Below, in pieces: positions 23,781 through 37,247 of a DNA stretch of 64,000 bases. A program made the translations under genes and the position numbers. Below the pieces are notes generated by a model. That model did not search any database. It saw nothing but the letters and a program-made list of their open reading frames with translations, and was not told where the DNA came from. The DNA is from Octopus bimaculoides (lineage: Eukaryota), in NCBI RefSeq assembly GCF_001194135.2, contig NC_068982.1:100018027-100082026 (forward strand), in the 5' to 3' direction. Each line of letters starts with the position of its first letter. The first letter of the stretch is position 1.

Positions 23781-26700
23781 ATCAAGTTCCTTCACTACAT
23801 CCGAGGAAAAACTAAACACTGCTATTTACTCATACTCAGTTACGAGTGACAACCAAGAAGACTAAATTATAGTAAACTATTTAAATATATTTGGAGTGAT
23901 ATCCATATGTTGCTCTTCAGCCTCAGGTTAGTCCTGCCTTGAGTAGACCCACAGTCATAGGCATTCCACTCATGACGATCTTGTCTTTTTAGAAGTTATG
24001 TAAGACTATGTAGTCGATAGTCAAACCTCTCATGAGGTATAAGTGATTTCAAGTTACTTATCAATTTAAAAACTATAGCATTTCAGAATCATGTGTAGCT
24101 TTCTTGTACTACCAAGATGTACAGAAATAATGCAATAATGTGGTTAAAATTTATCAAAATAACCTGGCAATTAAGACTTTAAGTTTGCTCCACTTTTGTC
24201 ACAAGTGTAAGCACTTTGTAACCAATGGATGAGTTTTTAATTCTTGTTTCTGATTTTTAAAAAATCTTTTACAGAATTTGAATTAATCTAAATCATTTCC
24301 TTATTTCAGGTGTTAGAGAGGTTTGGTTGCTATTTCTAGCAGTTCAAATAGCCATGTAGAGTAGAAGATGAGCTCAGGTTGAGTCTACTAAGGGAGGTAA
24401 CAAACCAACGACTAAAGAAAACCATTGCGCATACCGTTATCATGAAATTATTCTCCATATTCCATGCCTAATGGAAGACAGTTTACTCTTACATGAAGTG
24501 GTTTATCATATTATATACATGTTTTACACTACTGTCTTGTCCATTTTATGAGGTATTCTTTAACCTTGAATGGGAAAACTTTTGCTTAAAAGTATTCCAA
24601 TCATGACCACCCTGACATTCTAGTGGTATCTACGACTACATTATCCAGAATATATTTCATTGAAGATGAGAAAAGTGTGATTTTGAGGAAGATTTCGTTG
24701 CTATGTCCAGTTGGTCTACTGGCTATATTGTAAATCCCCTTTAGATTCTGCTGGTGATGATACTAGAAATGGGTAACTGGGAATTGCAGTGAGTGGCAGT
24801 TATTGCTGTTCCCTACATTTACCTTCATTTGTGATCTGTATCCCTGTGCATTGAATAAGTGGGGTCTTTTTTTTTTTTTTTTGTTACTTTGTTGTATCTT
24901 CTGCGTTCAAATCCCACTGACTTTGACTTTCTTTTTATCCTTCTGGAGTTGATAAGATAAAGTGACAAGTAATGGGGGATGATGTAATGATTATATATAT
25001 ATATCTTCATCTGTTGTAGCATCATACCTAAATTAGAAATGATTATTGGTTGACAGCAAGCAAATGTTATCTTGATAGAATGCTTATCTTTTATTGCTGA
25101 CAATTAAAAATTGGTGCAGATAAAAACACATAAGGGCAGATATCAAGATCAAAAACAGCACTGCTATGTTAAGTAGTTATTACAATGGCTGTGTAGAATT
25201 TCACAGCCTTTCAGAACTCAGGAGGTGGTGCATTAAGGCAAGAATAGACTATTTTGAATGTAATCATAAAATATTTTAAACTATATACAACATATAAAGT
25301 TTTGTCAGTCCCAAAACTGATTTAAATGATAGATTTTAACATAAAATAAAAAACAAAAAGCCAAGTTATTTGTGCAATATATTTTAATTTCTCATATATA
25401 TATATATATATTTCATCTTTTAAATGTTTGTTTAATTTCATCATTTAAACAATTTCTGAAATTCATTATTTCACAGATCAATTTCATCTTTTCCAATGAA
25501 AAAAATTCAGTAAAGAATTGATATTTTATGATAAACCAGACAGAGAGGATTAGGATATTGTTAATGTGTCAACACAAACTAATAAATAATTGAATAATTG
25601 GCCTAGTTTGATTTTTTTTTTCTTTTACTGAACTACCAGATAAAGTTTCTTTCCCTTAACATTGATGTATGATGCCTCAGGCATAGATATTTAACTTTAA
25701 CAACCATCTAACTGTAGATAGGCACCGTAGAGAATTGAAATGAATTTCTACTATAAGTGGGAATGGTCATATCCTCTCCACATGAAAAAATACCTGAAAT
25801 AGATTAAGTAGAAAAGGTGGCTTTCAACCACTTAAAGCTGTGATGACTAGAGTAAGCTCCAACAAACTAGGACACACAGGAGTCACAATGCATGACAAGA
25901 AACACTTCAAACAAAAACAAGTTATGTTTCAGGATTGTCATAAATAAAACAAAGAATGACAAGAATATACTTCTTGAAAGAAATATATCAATAGAAAAGA
26001 AGGACTGAAAATATGAGTGTTCATCAGGTGACATTACTGGTATTTTCCCAAAACCTGCAGATAATTAAAATTTAGTTTATTAATTTGTGATGCCTTTATA
26101 AGAATATCAACACGCAGATATAAGAGCTAGGTATACATACAAAAATTCCATAGAGAGATTGAAAAATAAAGGAAAACATATTGGCTGCATTTCTGATGAC
26201 ATTGTTGTTATATACATGTTCAGGGATTTGAAAGGATGATTTATTAGCTGTGCTATTGATAAAATTACTTGATTTTATTTTACATAGAGAAAAAAACCTC
26301 AAATGCATTGAAGAAGTGAAACAGATACTTTGTAATGTTTAAGCCCTTAAGGAGATTAGTGATCTGTGTTAAGTGAACCATTTACAATGGAGAATGAAAT
26401 TTGGATGTGAGACTGACTTGAAGAGATTGTGTTATATAGTGCTTGCCCAGAACTATAAACATTTATTTCTCACAACTAGCAGAGATTTATAAAGAAGCGG
26501 AAATAGGATGATGAAATGTCCATACCTTTGCCAAAGGTAACAGAGGCATGAAGTAAAATGGTTTCAACTAGGAACCATAACTATATTGCAGATGTTTGCA
26601 ATGCATGTTATATTGTAATCAGACTGATGGAAGTGAAAATGAAAGTTTTTGTGTGGGTGATTTCCTTTTCTATACATGTAGTGTAGGTTTGGAAGCATCA

Positions 26701-28384
26701 TCTGCAAGAGTGCTACTTACAGAGCCATCTTGTTGGAAGTAAGATTCAATAAAGTTCTCTTCATGACAAGGGACAGCAGAAATGAGTTTACAGGCTCTGC
26801 AACATGTGGAGCATCATTTGTGGTCAATTTGATCATATTGCAGGTGTTACACTGGTGACCCCACCCCCTCCTCAAGCACTGCAATTTATGTTCTTTACAT
26901 GAACAGCAGTGAATGAACCATTTAGAGGTTTGGGGACTTTGCTTGTATAAAAGATGTAGAAGGAGCATTCTGTTTAAAAGGAAAAAATTTTAACATATTT
27001 TTCAATTTCAAATTTAACTCCAATTTCCTTTCTTCAGTGCAATTGGAAAAGCATTCTATATTTTAGGAATTAGAATTTGCCATGAAATTAAGAATAAATT
27101 GAAATTGCTTTTAGAGGAAAACTATAATCATTTTATTATATACTGAGGTAGCAAAGATATATGTGTGAAACAAAAATTCCTCTTTGAACTATATATATCA
27201 TTTTTACTGATAACTGATATAACAAGTTAAAATTTCAGTCGTATTTCTGAAAGGAATCATAGCAACATTTTCATGGATTTTTAAAATTTTCAAATTTCAA
27301 CACCAAAATTACTGAACTTTTTTATTGGGCACAAGGCTAATTTTTCTTGATGTGAGATATATTCTACCGAATAAACCATGAAGTAATAAACAACAATGTC
27401 AGTTCAGCACAAATTAAACTTGGGAGTGTAATATGATAAATACTAAATAATGCAACAAGTCCAGTGCCCTACATCACTACCAACACACCAATGTCTACAT
27501 GAAAAATATTGAACATTGCTCAGACAGTTTTAGTTTTGCAGTTTTTCAAGAGGAAACAAAAAAAAAACTTCCAACTTGCTATGCTTGCAGAGTTGAACAA
27601 AATAATTGATGGATTAAAATATTTTTATTAATTTTTTTTTAGGATGTTGTGATTAATGACAGTCTTAAATGATATGTACTTCAGATTTTTTTATGTGCCA
27701 CAATATATTCATATAGTGTACAGCACATTATGCTGTAATCCCACATTATGCTACAGTCCCACATTATGCTACAAACACATAAATGTCATTTGCTAAATAT
27801 GTGTGTGTGTGTGTAGGTTTATAGTGTAAATGAAATACAACTCTTCATCTATGAATGTTTGGTTAAACAGTAGTGGGGAGAGCCTGTTTATCTATGAAAT
27901 AATGACAATGTTTATGTATACCAATACCCTGGTACTTAAAGAGAAAAGAAAAGTTGACTATGTTATTAATATTTTGCTATACTCAGTATTCCTTGGTAAT
28001 CTGTATGTTCAATTGAAATGGTTAATGGCTAAATATTTATCAATTATAAGTTAGAGAGAGGGAGAAGAGACAGAGAGGGGAAAAAAGGGAAAGAAGGCAA
28101 AGAACAGATAGAAATAGAAGTTGTACGAATTTAAGCACTTGTGAATAAAATCGAGGGTATGTAGCATTCCATTAATTGATAAGTTGAAAAACATGTAGTA
28201 AATGCAAAAAAGTACAGAAAACAGACATAGGTCAGGAAGTCCACATCAGATATCGGCCTCACTAAATATTTATCAATTATAAGTTATCATGTAGACAGCT
28301 AAAATAATAATACTGAGCTATTTTATCCATAGGGTTTTCTTCTCATAACCAATAATACAGGTGAAGCTAAATCCAGTATTTATA

Positions 28385-28801
28385 TACTCTTTTACTTGTT
28401 TCAAGTCATTTGACTGTGGCCATGCTGGAGCACCGCCTTTTAGTCGAACTAATCGACCCCAGGACTTATTCTTTGAAAGCCTAGTACTTATTCTATCGGT
28501 CTCTTTAGCCAAACCGCTAAGTTACGGGGACGTAAACACACCAGCATCGGTTGTCAAGCGATGTTGGGGGGGACAAACACAGACACACAAACATATACAC
28601 CCACACACACATATATATATATATATATACATATATATGACAGGCTTCTTTGAGTTTTCGTCTACCAAATCCACTCACAAGGCTTTGGTTGGCCCGAGGC
28701 TATAGTAGAAGACACTTGCCCAAGGTACCACGCAGTGGGACTGAACCCGGAACCATGTAGTTGGTAAGCAGGCTACTTACCACACAGCCACTCCTACACC
28801 T
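28385..28801 (-). mobile_element. Full-length, relatively young tRNA-headed SINE
   Basis: CpG-rich, with head GGAGTGGCTGTGTGGTAAG...GGTTCCGGGTTCAGTCCC, an internal (TG)/(TA) tract and tail CAGCATGGCCACAGTCAAATGACT. Confidence 0.9.
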
Positions 28802-29264
28802 ATATGTAATTTTGTGCATCAAATCTGCAATATAAACAAACAAGCTGAACTTCATCAAAATAATAAACCCACCTGGTCAGCCAATGGCTCTTACAAAGTA
28901 TCTGTACACAAAGTTTTTTGACTTAACTGCACCTTTTTGTACAGTGCCAATAAACACATTCCACAAAACACCATGAGGCAATGAGATGAAATGTATCACT
29001 GAAGGTAGACTTCATTGATCCTATACTAGCCAAAAATATAAATAAAGGACTTGGATGTCCCTTTAGCTACACACCTTGTAGTGTTATCAATGTATTTAAC
29101 AAAGACAGTACATTATGTTTAAAAAATTGAAATAAATCATCTGCAGCTCTTTCTAAAAACATATTTAACATTAAAAATTGCTAGGCATAGCTAAATACAG
29201 TATTGCTGTGAATTGAGATATTACTTAGTGTATAAAAGAATCCTTTCAGTCATGAATAACCATG

Positions 29265-29545
29265 GGATTGCACCTGGAAAGTTCCCCTCCAAGGTACAAG
29301 TCCAGGCAAGGTTGTTCATGTAAAACCAGCAGTCACCCATGCATACCAGCCTCTCCTCTTTACGCCACTAATGTTATCCAAGGGAAAGGCCAATACAACT
29401 TGGCACCAGTGACATTGCAACTCATTTCTACAACTGAATGAACTGGAGCAACATGAAATAAAGTGTCTTGCTCAAGAACACAACACACAGCCTGGTCTGG
29501 GAATTGAACTCACTACCTCATGATTAAGAGGCTGATGCTCTAACC
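29265..29545 (-). mobile_element. tRNA-headed SINE (another family)
   Basis: Head GTGAAGGCGCATGGCTCAGTGGTTAGAGCATC...GAGTTCAATTCCC and CTTGAGCAAGACACTTTATTTCA, a core shared with 42558-42806. Confidence 0.75.
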
Positions 29546-29580
29546 ACTGAGCCATGCGCCTTCACTTAATTTATATGTAC

Positions 29581-31005
29581 AACTAGCAGAAATACCCGGC
29601 GTTGCCCGGGTTAAAGAGAATAATGAAATCTAAAAACGCCGTCTAGACTACGCATCATCTTTATATATAGAGATGTATATACACACACGCACCCAAACAC
29701 ACGTGTGTATATGTATATCAATATAAATATATGAAAGTCAATGAAGTTTCATAAAAGAACGTGATCATGTACATACTTTCTTGCTGTTGTGATTATAACA
29801 CCTCATTGTAAACTATGTTCCTTGTTTTCCCTTGTGGAGCATATACAAATAGGTTNNNNNNNNNNNNNNNNNNNNNNNNNNNNNNNNNNNNNNNNNNNNN
29901 NNNNNNNNNNNNNNNNNNNNNNNNNNNNNNNNNNNNNNNNNNNNNNNNNNNNNNNNNNNNNNNNNNNNNNNNNNNNNNNNNNNNNNNNNNNNNNNNNNNN
30001 NNNNNNNNNNNNNNNNNNNNNNNNNNNNNNNNNNNNNNNNNNNNNNNNNNNNNNNNNNNNNNNNNNNNNNNNNNNNNNNNNNNNNNNNNNNNNNNNNNNN
30101 NNNNNNNNNNNNNNNNNNNNNNNNNNNNNNNNNNNNNNNNNNNNNNNNNNNNNNNNNNNNNNNNNNNNNNNNNNNNNNNNNNNNNNNNNNNNNNNNNNNN
30201 NNNNNNNNNNNNNNNNNNNNNNNNNNNNNNNNNNNNNNNNNNNNNNNNNNNNNNNNNNNNNNNNNNNNNNNNNNNNNNNNNNNNNNNNNNNNNNNNNNNN
30301 NNNNNNNNNNNNNNNNNNNNNNNNNNNNNNNNNNNNNNNNNNNNNNNNNNNNNNNNNNNNNNNNNNNNNNNNNNNNNNNNNNNNNNNNNNNNNNNNNNNN
30401 NNNNNNNNNNNNNNNNNNNNNNNNNNNNNNNNNNNNNNNNNNNNNNNNNNNNNNNNNNNNNNNNNNNNNNNNNNNNNNNNNNNNNNNNNNNNNNNNNNNN
30501 NNNNNNNNNNNNNNNNNNNNNNNNNNNNNNNNNNNNNNNNNNNNNNNNNNNNNNNNNNNNNNNNNNNNNNNNNNNNNNNNNNNNNNNNNNNNNNNNNNNN
30601 NNNNNNNNNNNNNNNNNNNNNNNNNNNNNNNNNNNNNNNNNNNNNNNNNNNNNNNNNNNNNNNNNNNNNNNNNNNNNNNNCTCTCTCTCTGTGAAAGTAT
30701 CTGTCACTACAGTATCGAAATGTGATTGTTTCAGTTAGTGGAATAGTTTCATTTTTAAAGTGAAAGTATTTGACATGAGTGTTTTTGTTTCACTTTTGAC
30801 ACGTAATACTTAAATAGTGGAGGAGATATTATGTTGCCGTGTGCTCGAACTCTGCAAGAAGTTAATAATTTTTTTTGACTAAAACACAACTGGAACCCTA
30901 AGTAAGGCATGTGTAAAATTTGAATGAAATTGGTTGCGTAGTTCTCGAGTTTTAGGGATTCACACAGACAGACAGACAGACATTCTCATTTTCATATATA
31001 TAGAT
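29581..31005 (+). mobile_element. Non-autonomous Helitron/Helentron-like element spanning an N gap
   Basis: 5' ACTAGC...CCCGGCGTTGCCCGGG subterminal palindrome and 3' (CAGA)n...ATATATATAGAT end, an organisation like Lep1/DINE-type elements. Continuity across the gap is inferred. Confidence 0.55.
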
Positions 31006-32929
31006 TTATTAAAATCTGTTTCTCAGACACACTGACAAAATAAAATATTGAGAGAAAAAAGTTGGTTTGAATTTTCAATTAATTTTTTTATCTTAAGATT
31101 TTTTTGACACTTTATCAATAGAAGCATTCAGATTATTGTGAAAAGTAATGCTTATTTATTCACATTATTTTGAATTATTCATGGCTTATCTTGTAGCTTT
31201 CAGATTTCAATGATGTAACTTTATGTTTAGAATGACAATGTTGGGAAGGTGTGAGAGGCTGGACCTGGCCAGTTTGATCATAAAACAGGAAGAATATTTG
31301 GGCTGGATATGGCCAGTTTAAATGCTAAGGACATTAAGACACTTGCAGCATTACCACAAAATAGTGCAAGACTGAGATGCAGGAGCAGCCATGCACCCTC
31401 AAAAGCCTCGCCTGGCACAGATGAGGCAAGATGCAAAGAGGCTTAAAAAAATTCAAGTGTTTACAAAAGTTAAAAACTGAATAGGAAGCTGCAAACTAAA
31501 TATCAATTGATGCACTGGTCCCCAACACCTCTATAGACACAATTATGCTGAAAGATAATTGAAGGGAGGGTCACATGGCTTAAATTCTAGACTATAAAAA
31601 GACATTCTAGAAAACCACTAAAAAGCAACAACATTTTATAAAATAACATATCTGATGAAGAATCATTGGCATATCATTACTAACCAAAGTCTTAAACCCA
31701 ACCAAATGAAATTCTAGGTGCGGGCATGGGTGTGGAAAGAAGTTTGCTTCCCAACCACACAGTTCTGGGTTCAGTCCCATTGTGAGACACCTTGGGTAAG
31801 TGTCTTCAACTATAGTCTCAAGCCAACCAAAGCCTTGTGAGTGGATTTGGTAGACAGAAACTGAAAAAAGCCTGTCGCGTATTTGTGTGTGTGTAAGTGA
31901 GTGTGACAATGTATGTTTGCATCGCCTTGATTTGACAACACATGATAGTTGTAAAATAATTGTCACTGCCATACAAGCAGCGTCATTCGTTTCCAATGTT
32001 CTATGAGAACATGTGGTAAATATTATCCTGTTTGGAAACAGGTGAGGTTTGGCTACAGAAAGGACGTATGGCAATAGAAAATTTGCCTCATTAACTCCAC
32101 CTGACACATACAAGCATGGAAAAAAATGGATGTTAAAAGGATGATAGATAGATAGATGGATGGATGGATGGATGCTGATAGTAACTTCTAAGTTTCACCA
32201 TGGAACACCTTCATCCAAGTCTGATGAAGCCAGTACATGGGAAACTTCAAAATCATTCAATCTTTCTCTTATAAAGATAAGTTTTATATTCTAACGTATT
32301 GTGTGACCTTTGCTTGACTTATTATATGTATGATCATACATAAAAAAAAAACACACACACACACACATAAGCATTCAGAACTATGTATGCCAGTAAATGC
32401 TTGAGTGAATGCATACATAGTGCTAAAAGGAGATCTAACACTCTCGAATGACTTCTGATGCATATTCACATGCTGAGACAGCACTCAATCAGTGTTTTTA
32501 TCCTTCATGTATTTGAATACCAACAGTTGTTCACACCAATCTTTATCTGTCCCTGAAAGAAACTCATATCTCAAACAAACATGTACAGACGTTTACACAA
32601 ACACATACACTTTCTAATGAGTATCAATCATTACAATGGTTATTCACTCCATCATAGAGTTCTAGAATGAACTAGAATGCATTTAATGAGGCTATTTGAT
32701 CTGCTAGAACCAGCAGTCTAATGTTCTTCAAATCATGCCCAATCTTTTTTCAACAAAGATTACATTGAACAAAATAGTCTATGATATACAAAAAAAAAAA
32801 AAAAGACAGGATGATCATTGCTGGCCTGTTTGTTCAACCAGAGCTGGCCTGGAGACTAAACAACAATATATCATTACAGATATATACAATCATCAAATAC
32901 TGTCATGTTTCTATAACATTTAGACACCC

Positions 32930-32963
<34 letters not shown>

Positions 32964-33199
32964 ACAAAGTGTTCCCAGTAGTCATATGAACACAGCTACA
33001 GGTAGAGATCTTCCTTCCCCACCACCATTATTAAAATACTAATACAGCTCTGGTCTACACAAATATGACAAGCTGTTTGAAAATATGAACCCATGAAATC
33101 CTAAAGGAGACTCTTGTTTTGTATTTAACAAATATTTTGTGTATACATACATTGTTTACTCAGGATGCTTTTTTTTTACTTCATATATATATATTTTCA

Positions 33200-33602
33200 T
33201 TTATTCTTTTATACTCTCACTTGTCTGTCATTTTACCATGGCCATGCTGGAGCACCACCTTAAAGAGTTTTAGTCAAACAAATCAACTCCATGACTTATT
33301 CTTTATAAGCCTAATACTTTATTCTATCAGTCTCTTTTGCCAAACTGCTAAATTATAGGGATATAAACACACCAACATTAGTTATTAAGCGATGGTGGGC
33401 AGACAGCAAATACAGACACATGGATATATATATCTACACACACATGACAAGCTCCTTTCAGTTTCCATCTACCAAATCCATTCACAAGGCTTTGGTCGGC
33501 CTGAGGCTATAGTAGAAGACACTTGCCTGAGGTGAATTGAGACTGAACCCAGAACCATGTGGTTAGAAGCAAGCTTCTTATCACACAGCCAGACCTGCGC
33601 CT
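33200..33602 (-). mobile_element. tRNA-headed SINE (same family as 28385-28801)
   Basis: Collinear similarity over about 400 bp. Confidence 0.85.
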
Positions 33603-33607
33603 ATATA

Positions 33608-34443
33608 CAAGGTCTGATCAATAAGTGTCCGGACTGTTGCCATAATAATGAAGCCGCTTGGCAAAGATTGACCTTGAACTCTGCTGTGCATGCGCACTAA
33701 GTTTTAACATTCTAGCTCACTTCCGCTCCTTACAGCAGTGCTTGGAAGGAAGGTGTGTAGCATGTGATCATCACATTGACCATGACAGAGGAAGTTGTCA
33801 TGGCGGTACTAGCTCAGAGGCCTAGGCAAAGTTGTAGAAAATGTATGGAGAGGAGTGTATGAGCCACACACAAGTGTTCAGATATTTCCAAGATGGCCAA
33901 AAAATGTTGATATTGATGAACGTTCTGGGAGACCCAAAACCAGCAGAACTGAGAAAAACATTACAGATGTGTGTGCAGCTGAGAGGGGAAATCATCGAAT
34001 CACCATCCATGAGTTACCAGAGGATGCGCAGATTAATTAAGGTTCAGTTCAGTCCATTATCAGTGAAGATTTGTGTATGAGACGCATGTCTGACCAAAAA
34101 GACACTCGGGTTTCAGTTGCACAAGATCTCCTTGATTGTATCGAGAAATGATGAGAGCTTTTTGAAAACTTTGTATAGGCCTCTGAGCAGGTATCGCCAA
34201 GCTTTTGACAAAATTTAACTCAGATTCTCTGCTCATCTTTCTCTATCATGGTCAATGCAATGATCACACGCTACACACTTTCCTTCAAAGCACTGCTGTT
34301 TACAGCAGAAGTAAGCTAGAATGTTAAAACTTAGTGTGCATGCACACCAAAGTTTAAGATCAAACTGTGCCAAGTGGCTTTACTCAGCATGCTTTAGCTT
34401 CGTTACTATGGCAACAGTCCAGATACTTATTGATCAGACCATG
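33608..34443 (+). mobile_element. Non-autonomous mariner derivative, second copy in opposite orientation to 149-1041
   Basis: Same TIRs and the same internal junction. Encodes MYGEECMSHTQVFRYF and NVDIDERSGRPKTSRTEKNI. Confidence 0.88.
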
Positions 34444-35875
34444 GATGGATGGATGGATGGATGGATGGATGGATGCTGAAGAGATAAAAAGATAAGGAGA
34501 GAGAGAAGTACATGAGTGCATTTTGCTGATTTTATAAGCCTTTGTTCTTTTAACCCACTTGCCACAAGCTCACGAGAGACTTCCTGTTTAAATTGATCTA
34601 AATTAAAAACTTGCATCAAAATTTCATGTTACTTGATATTTCAAAGACCAGCTTAACAATGACAAAGATAGTTTACAAAATTCTTTACTAATTTAAAAAT
34701 TAATTGAAATAAAGGTGATATATTTCATCAGAAATATGGTAACAAAAAGATTCACATCTTATGATAACCCATGAAATATATCATTGACATGCGATGAGTG
34801 AAATGTAATACTTCAGACCAATGGTGAAATAAATTATAATATAATCAAATGTTATCAAATATGATATCCATAAACACTAGCACGCCTAATCCATCAATAT
34901 ATCATTAAAAACATCTACTGTGACAAAAATTTGGAATGTTGCATTTAAGTTTTATAATAATGGAAAACTTGCACTCTCACACACATACATGGATGTGGTG
35001 AGCAACCATATTCTCATGCAAGACCAATCAGAAAATGCATTATACTGCTACTATATCCATAACCAACGCACAAAAACAGACACATTATTGAGTGACACTT
35101 CTAAACATTTCTTCAACATAACCTTAAAAAGGAACTCATTCACTCAGCAGAGACAAACATACACATAAAAATAGCTGCAGTACTAATAGCTTCATTTGCC
35201 CTAAAATATTGCACCAGGTGTACACAACCAATGCTACGCATAAAGGAACAACAGCTGTCACGCTCTGACTAAGTCCATCTTACCTGTCTTTGCTGTAGCC
35301 ACAAACAAAATCTATAGGCATACAGAAATGGAGTAGACAGAGTGCAACATTTCATGATATGCAATGCAACACTGCACGTCAGGATGCACAGAATGTTTCT
35401 CAGCCAGACAAAGAGATAGTGTATCTGAAACAAAGTCACAACTAGTCAAGTGAACGACTACCTGCACATTTCAGTCTGCTGATTTGAGGTTGTCTTGCAC
35501 CTAAACATAACAACCAACATTCAGGTTGAAACCACACATGTTAATCATGTTCAGCCAAATATTTATTGTAAAGATCTTAAACAATCTGCAGGATGAATAA
35601 CATTTAAAAGAAGTTGATACAAATATTTGATAGACTCATTGACTTATATTCACACTCACACACATGAATACTCTTATTAATGCAAAATAATCGATACTGC
35701 TTGATATGTGTGTATGGGGAAATTATAAATATTGTCTATTAATAAGCATATGAATATGAATTACTGAATGAACATATATAATTACAAAAGAGCTACAAAC
35801 AGTTTCATGCTTTAAATCTTAAAACATGAAATTATTAGTACGTCATGTATGTGTGTGTCTATTTCTCTCTCTCTC

Positions 35876-35921
<46 letters not shown>

Positions 35922-36800
35922 TATATATATATATATATATANNNNNNNNNNNNNNNNNNNNNNNNNNNNNNNNNNNNNNNNNNNNNNNNNNNNNNNNNNN
36001 NNNNNNNNNNNNNNNNNNNNNNNNNNNNNNNNNNNNNNNNNNNNNNNNNNNNNNNNNNNNNNNNNNNNNNNNNNNNNNNNNNNNNNNNNNNNNNNNNNNN
36101 NNNNNNNNNNNNNNNNNNNNNNNNNNNNNNNNNNNNNNNNNNNNNNNNNNNNNNNNNNNNNNNNNNNNNNNNNNNNNNNNNNNNNNNNNNNNNNNNNNNN
36201 NNNNNNNNNNNNNNNNNNNNNNNNNNNNNNNNNNNNNNNNNNNNNNNNNNNNNNNNNNNNNNNNNNNNNNNNNNNNNNNNNNNNNNNNNNNNNNNNNNNN
36301 NNNNNNNNNNNNNATATAATATATTAAAATGTAATTATTCTTTGGTTGTACCATATGCTTTTGATGATTACACAGTTTGGAAAATAACTGTCAGCTTTTG
36401 CTTGTATCTGTACTTTCAAGATCAAATTTATTTTATTGATTGGAAGAATAAAAGTACCTAATAATGAACAGAAACTTTAAGTAGCTGTGAGACAAGAAAA
36501 ACATTGTGTGAACCCAGAGAGCTACAAGGAATAAAATTATAGGAGCAAGGCAGGCTGCATCTATAAAACTCAAGAATCATAATTAGATAAACAACAAACA
36601 AATATACTATGTGGTTAAGAAGTTCGTTTTGCAACCATGTGGTTTTAGGTAAAGTCCCTCAGGAAAGCACCTTGAACAAGTGTCTTCTACTATATCTTTA
36701 GGTCAACCAAATGTCTTATGAATGAATGTGGTAGATAGAAACTGTGCAGAAGCCCATTATATATATATATTTACCTGCAGTTAAATATAGCTCTATGGGC

Positions 36801-36864
36801 GATAGTCTGACGAGTTGTCCATAGAGCTAAAAGCTTTATGGATGCGAAACCATTGGTCACTCTA
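36801..36864 (+). ncRNA. Type I hammerhead ribozyme motif, copy 1
   Basis: Intact core CTGACGA, 13-bp stem II (one bulge) with TAAAA loop, GAAA, stem III CC-ATT-GG and a GUC triplet (predicted cut after 36858). Stem I has only 3 contiguous pairs in this copy. Confidence 0.8.
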
Positions 36865-36965
36865 TGACCAGACATATATTTAACTGCATGTAAATACATT
36901 ACTACTCTTACTTTTAGAGTGTGTTTCCTTTTTGGATATATGATCCACTGACTATATATATATAG

Positions 36966-36997
<32 letters not shown>

Positions 36998-37247
36998 ATA
37001 TATATATAAATCTTATTCTTTTGCTTACAAATTACTGACTGTAATGGTTTTCTACCTCCAGTTCAAGAGAGGTTGTATGTCCTCTCCTATCCATCTAGAG
37101 TCTGACAAGTCGTCCATAAAGCTAAAAGCTTTATGGATGCGAAACCATTGGTCACTCAATGACCGGACATATATTTAACTGCATGTAAATACATTACTGC
37201 TCTATACTTTAGAGTGTGCTTCTTTTTCGGATATATGATCTACTGAC
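36804..37247 (+). repeat. Direct repeat of about 149 bp (36804-36952 / 37099-37247), period 295
   Basis: Collinear copies at a constant 295-nt offset, separated by (TA)n and about 90 bp of unique sequence. Confidence 0.93.
37096..37159 (+). ncRNA. Type I hammerhead ribozyme motif, copy 2 (G8A core change)
   Basis: TAGAGT-CTGACAA-G TCGTCCATAAAGC TAAAA GCTTTATGGATG C-GAAA-CC ATT GG-TC-ACTCAA. Confidence 0.75.

Noticed and set aside
32221-32250. CTGATGA-A-GCC...GG-GAAA-CTTC hammerhead-like trace
   Set aside because: No stem I and a broken stem II, so it cannot be distinguished from chance.
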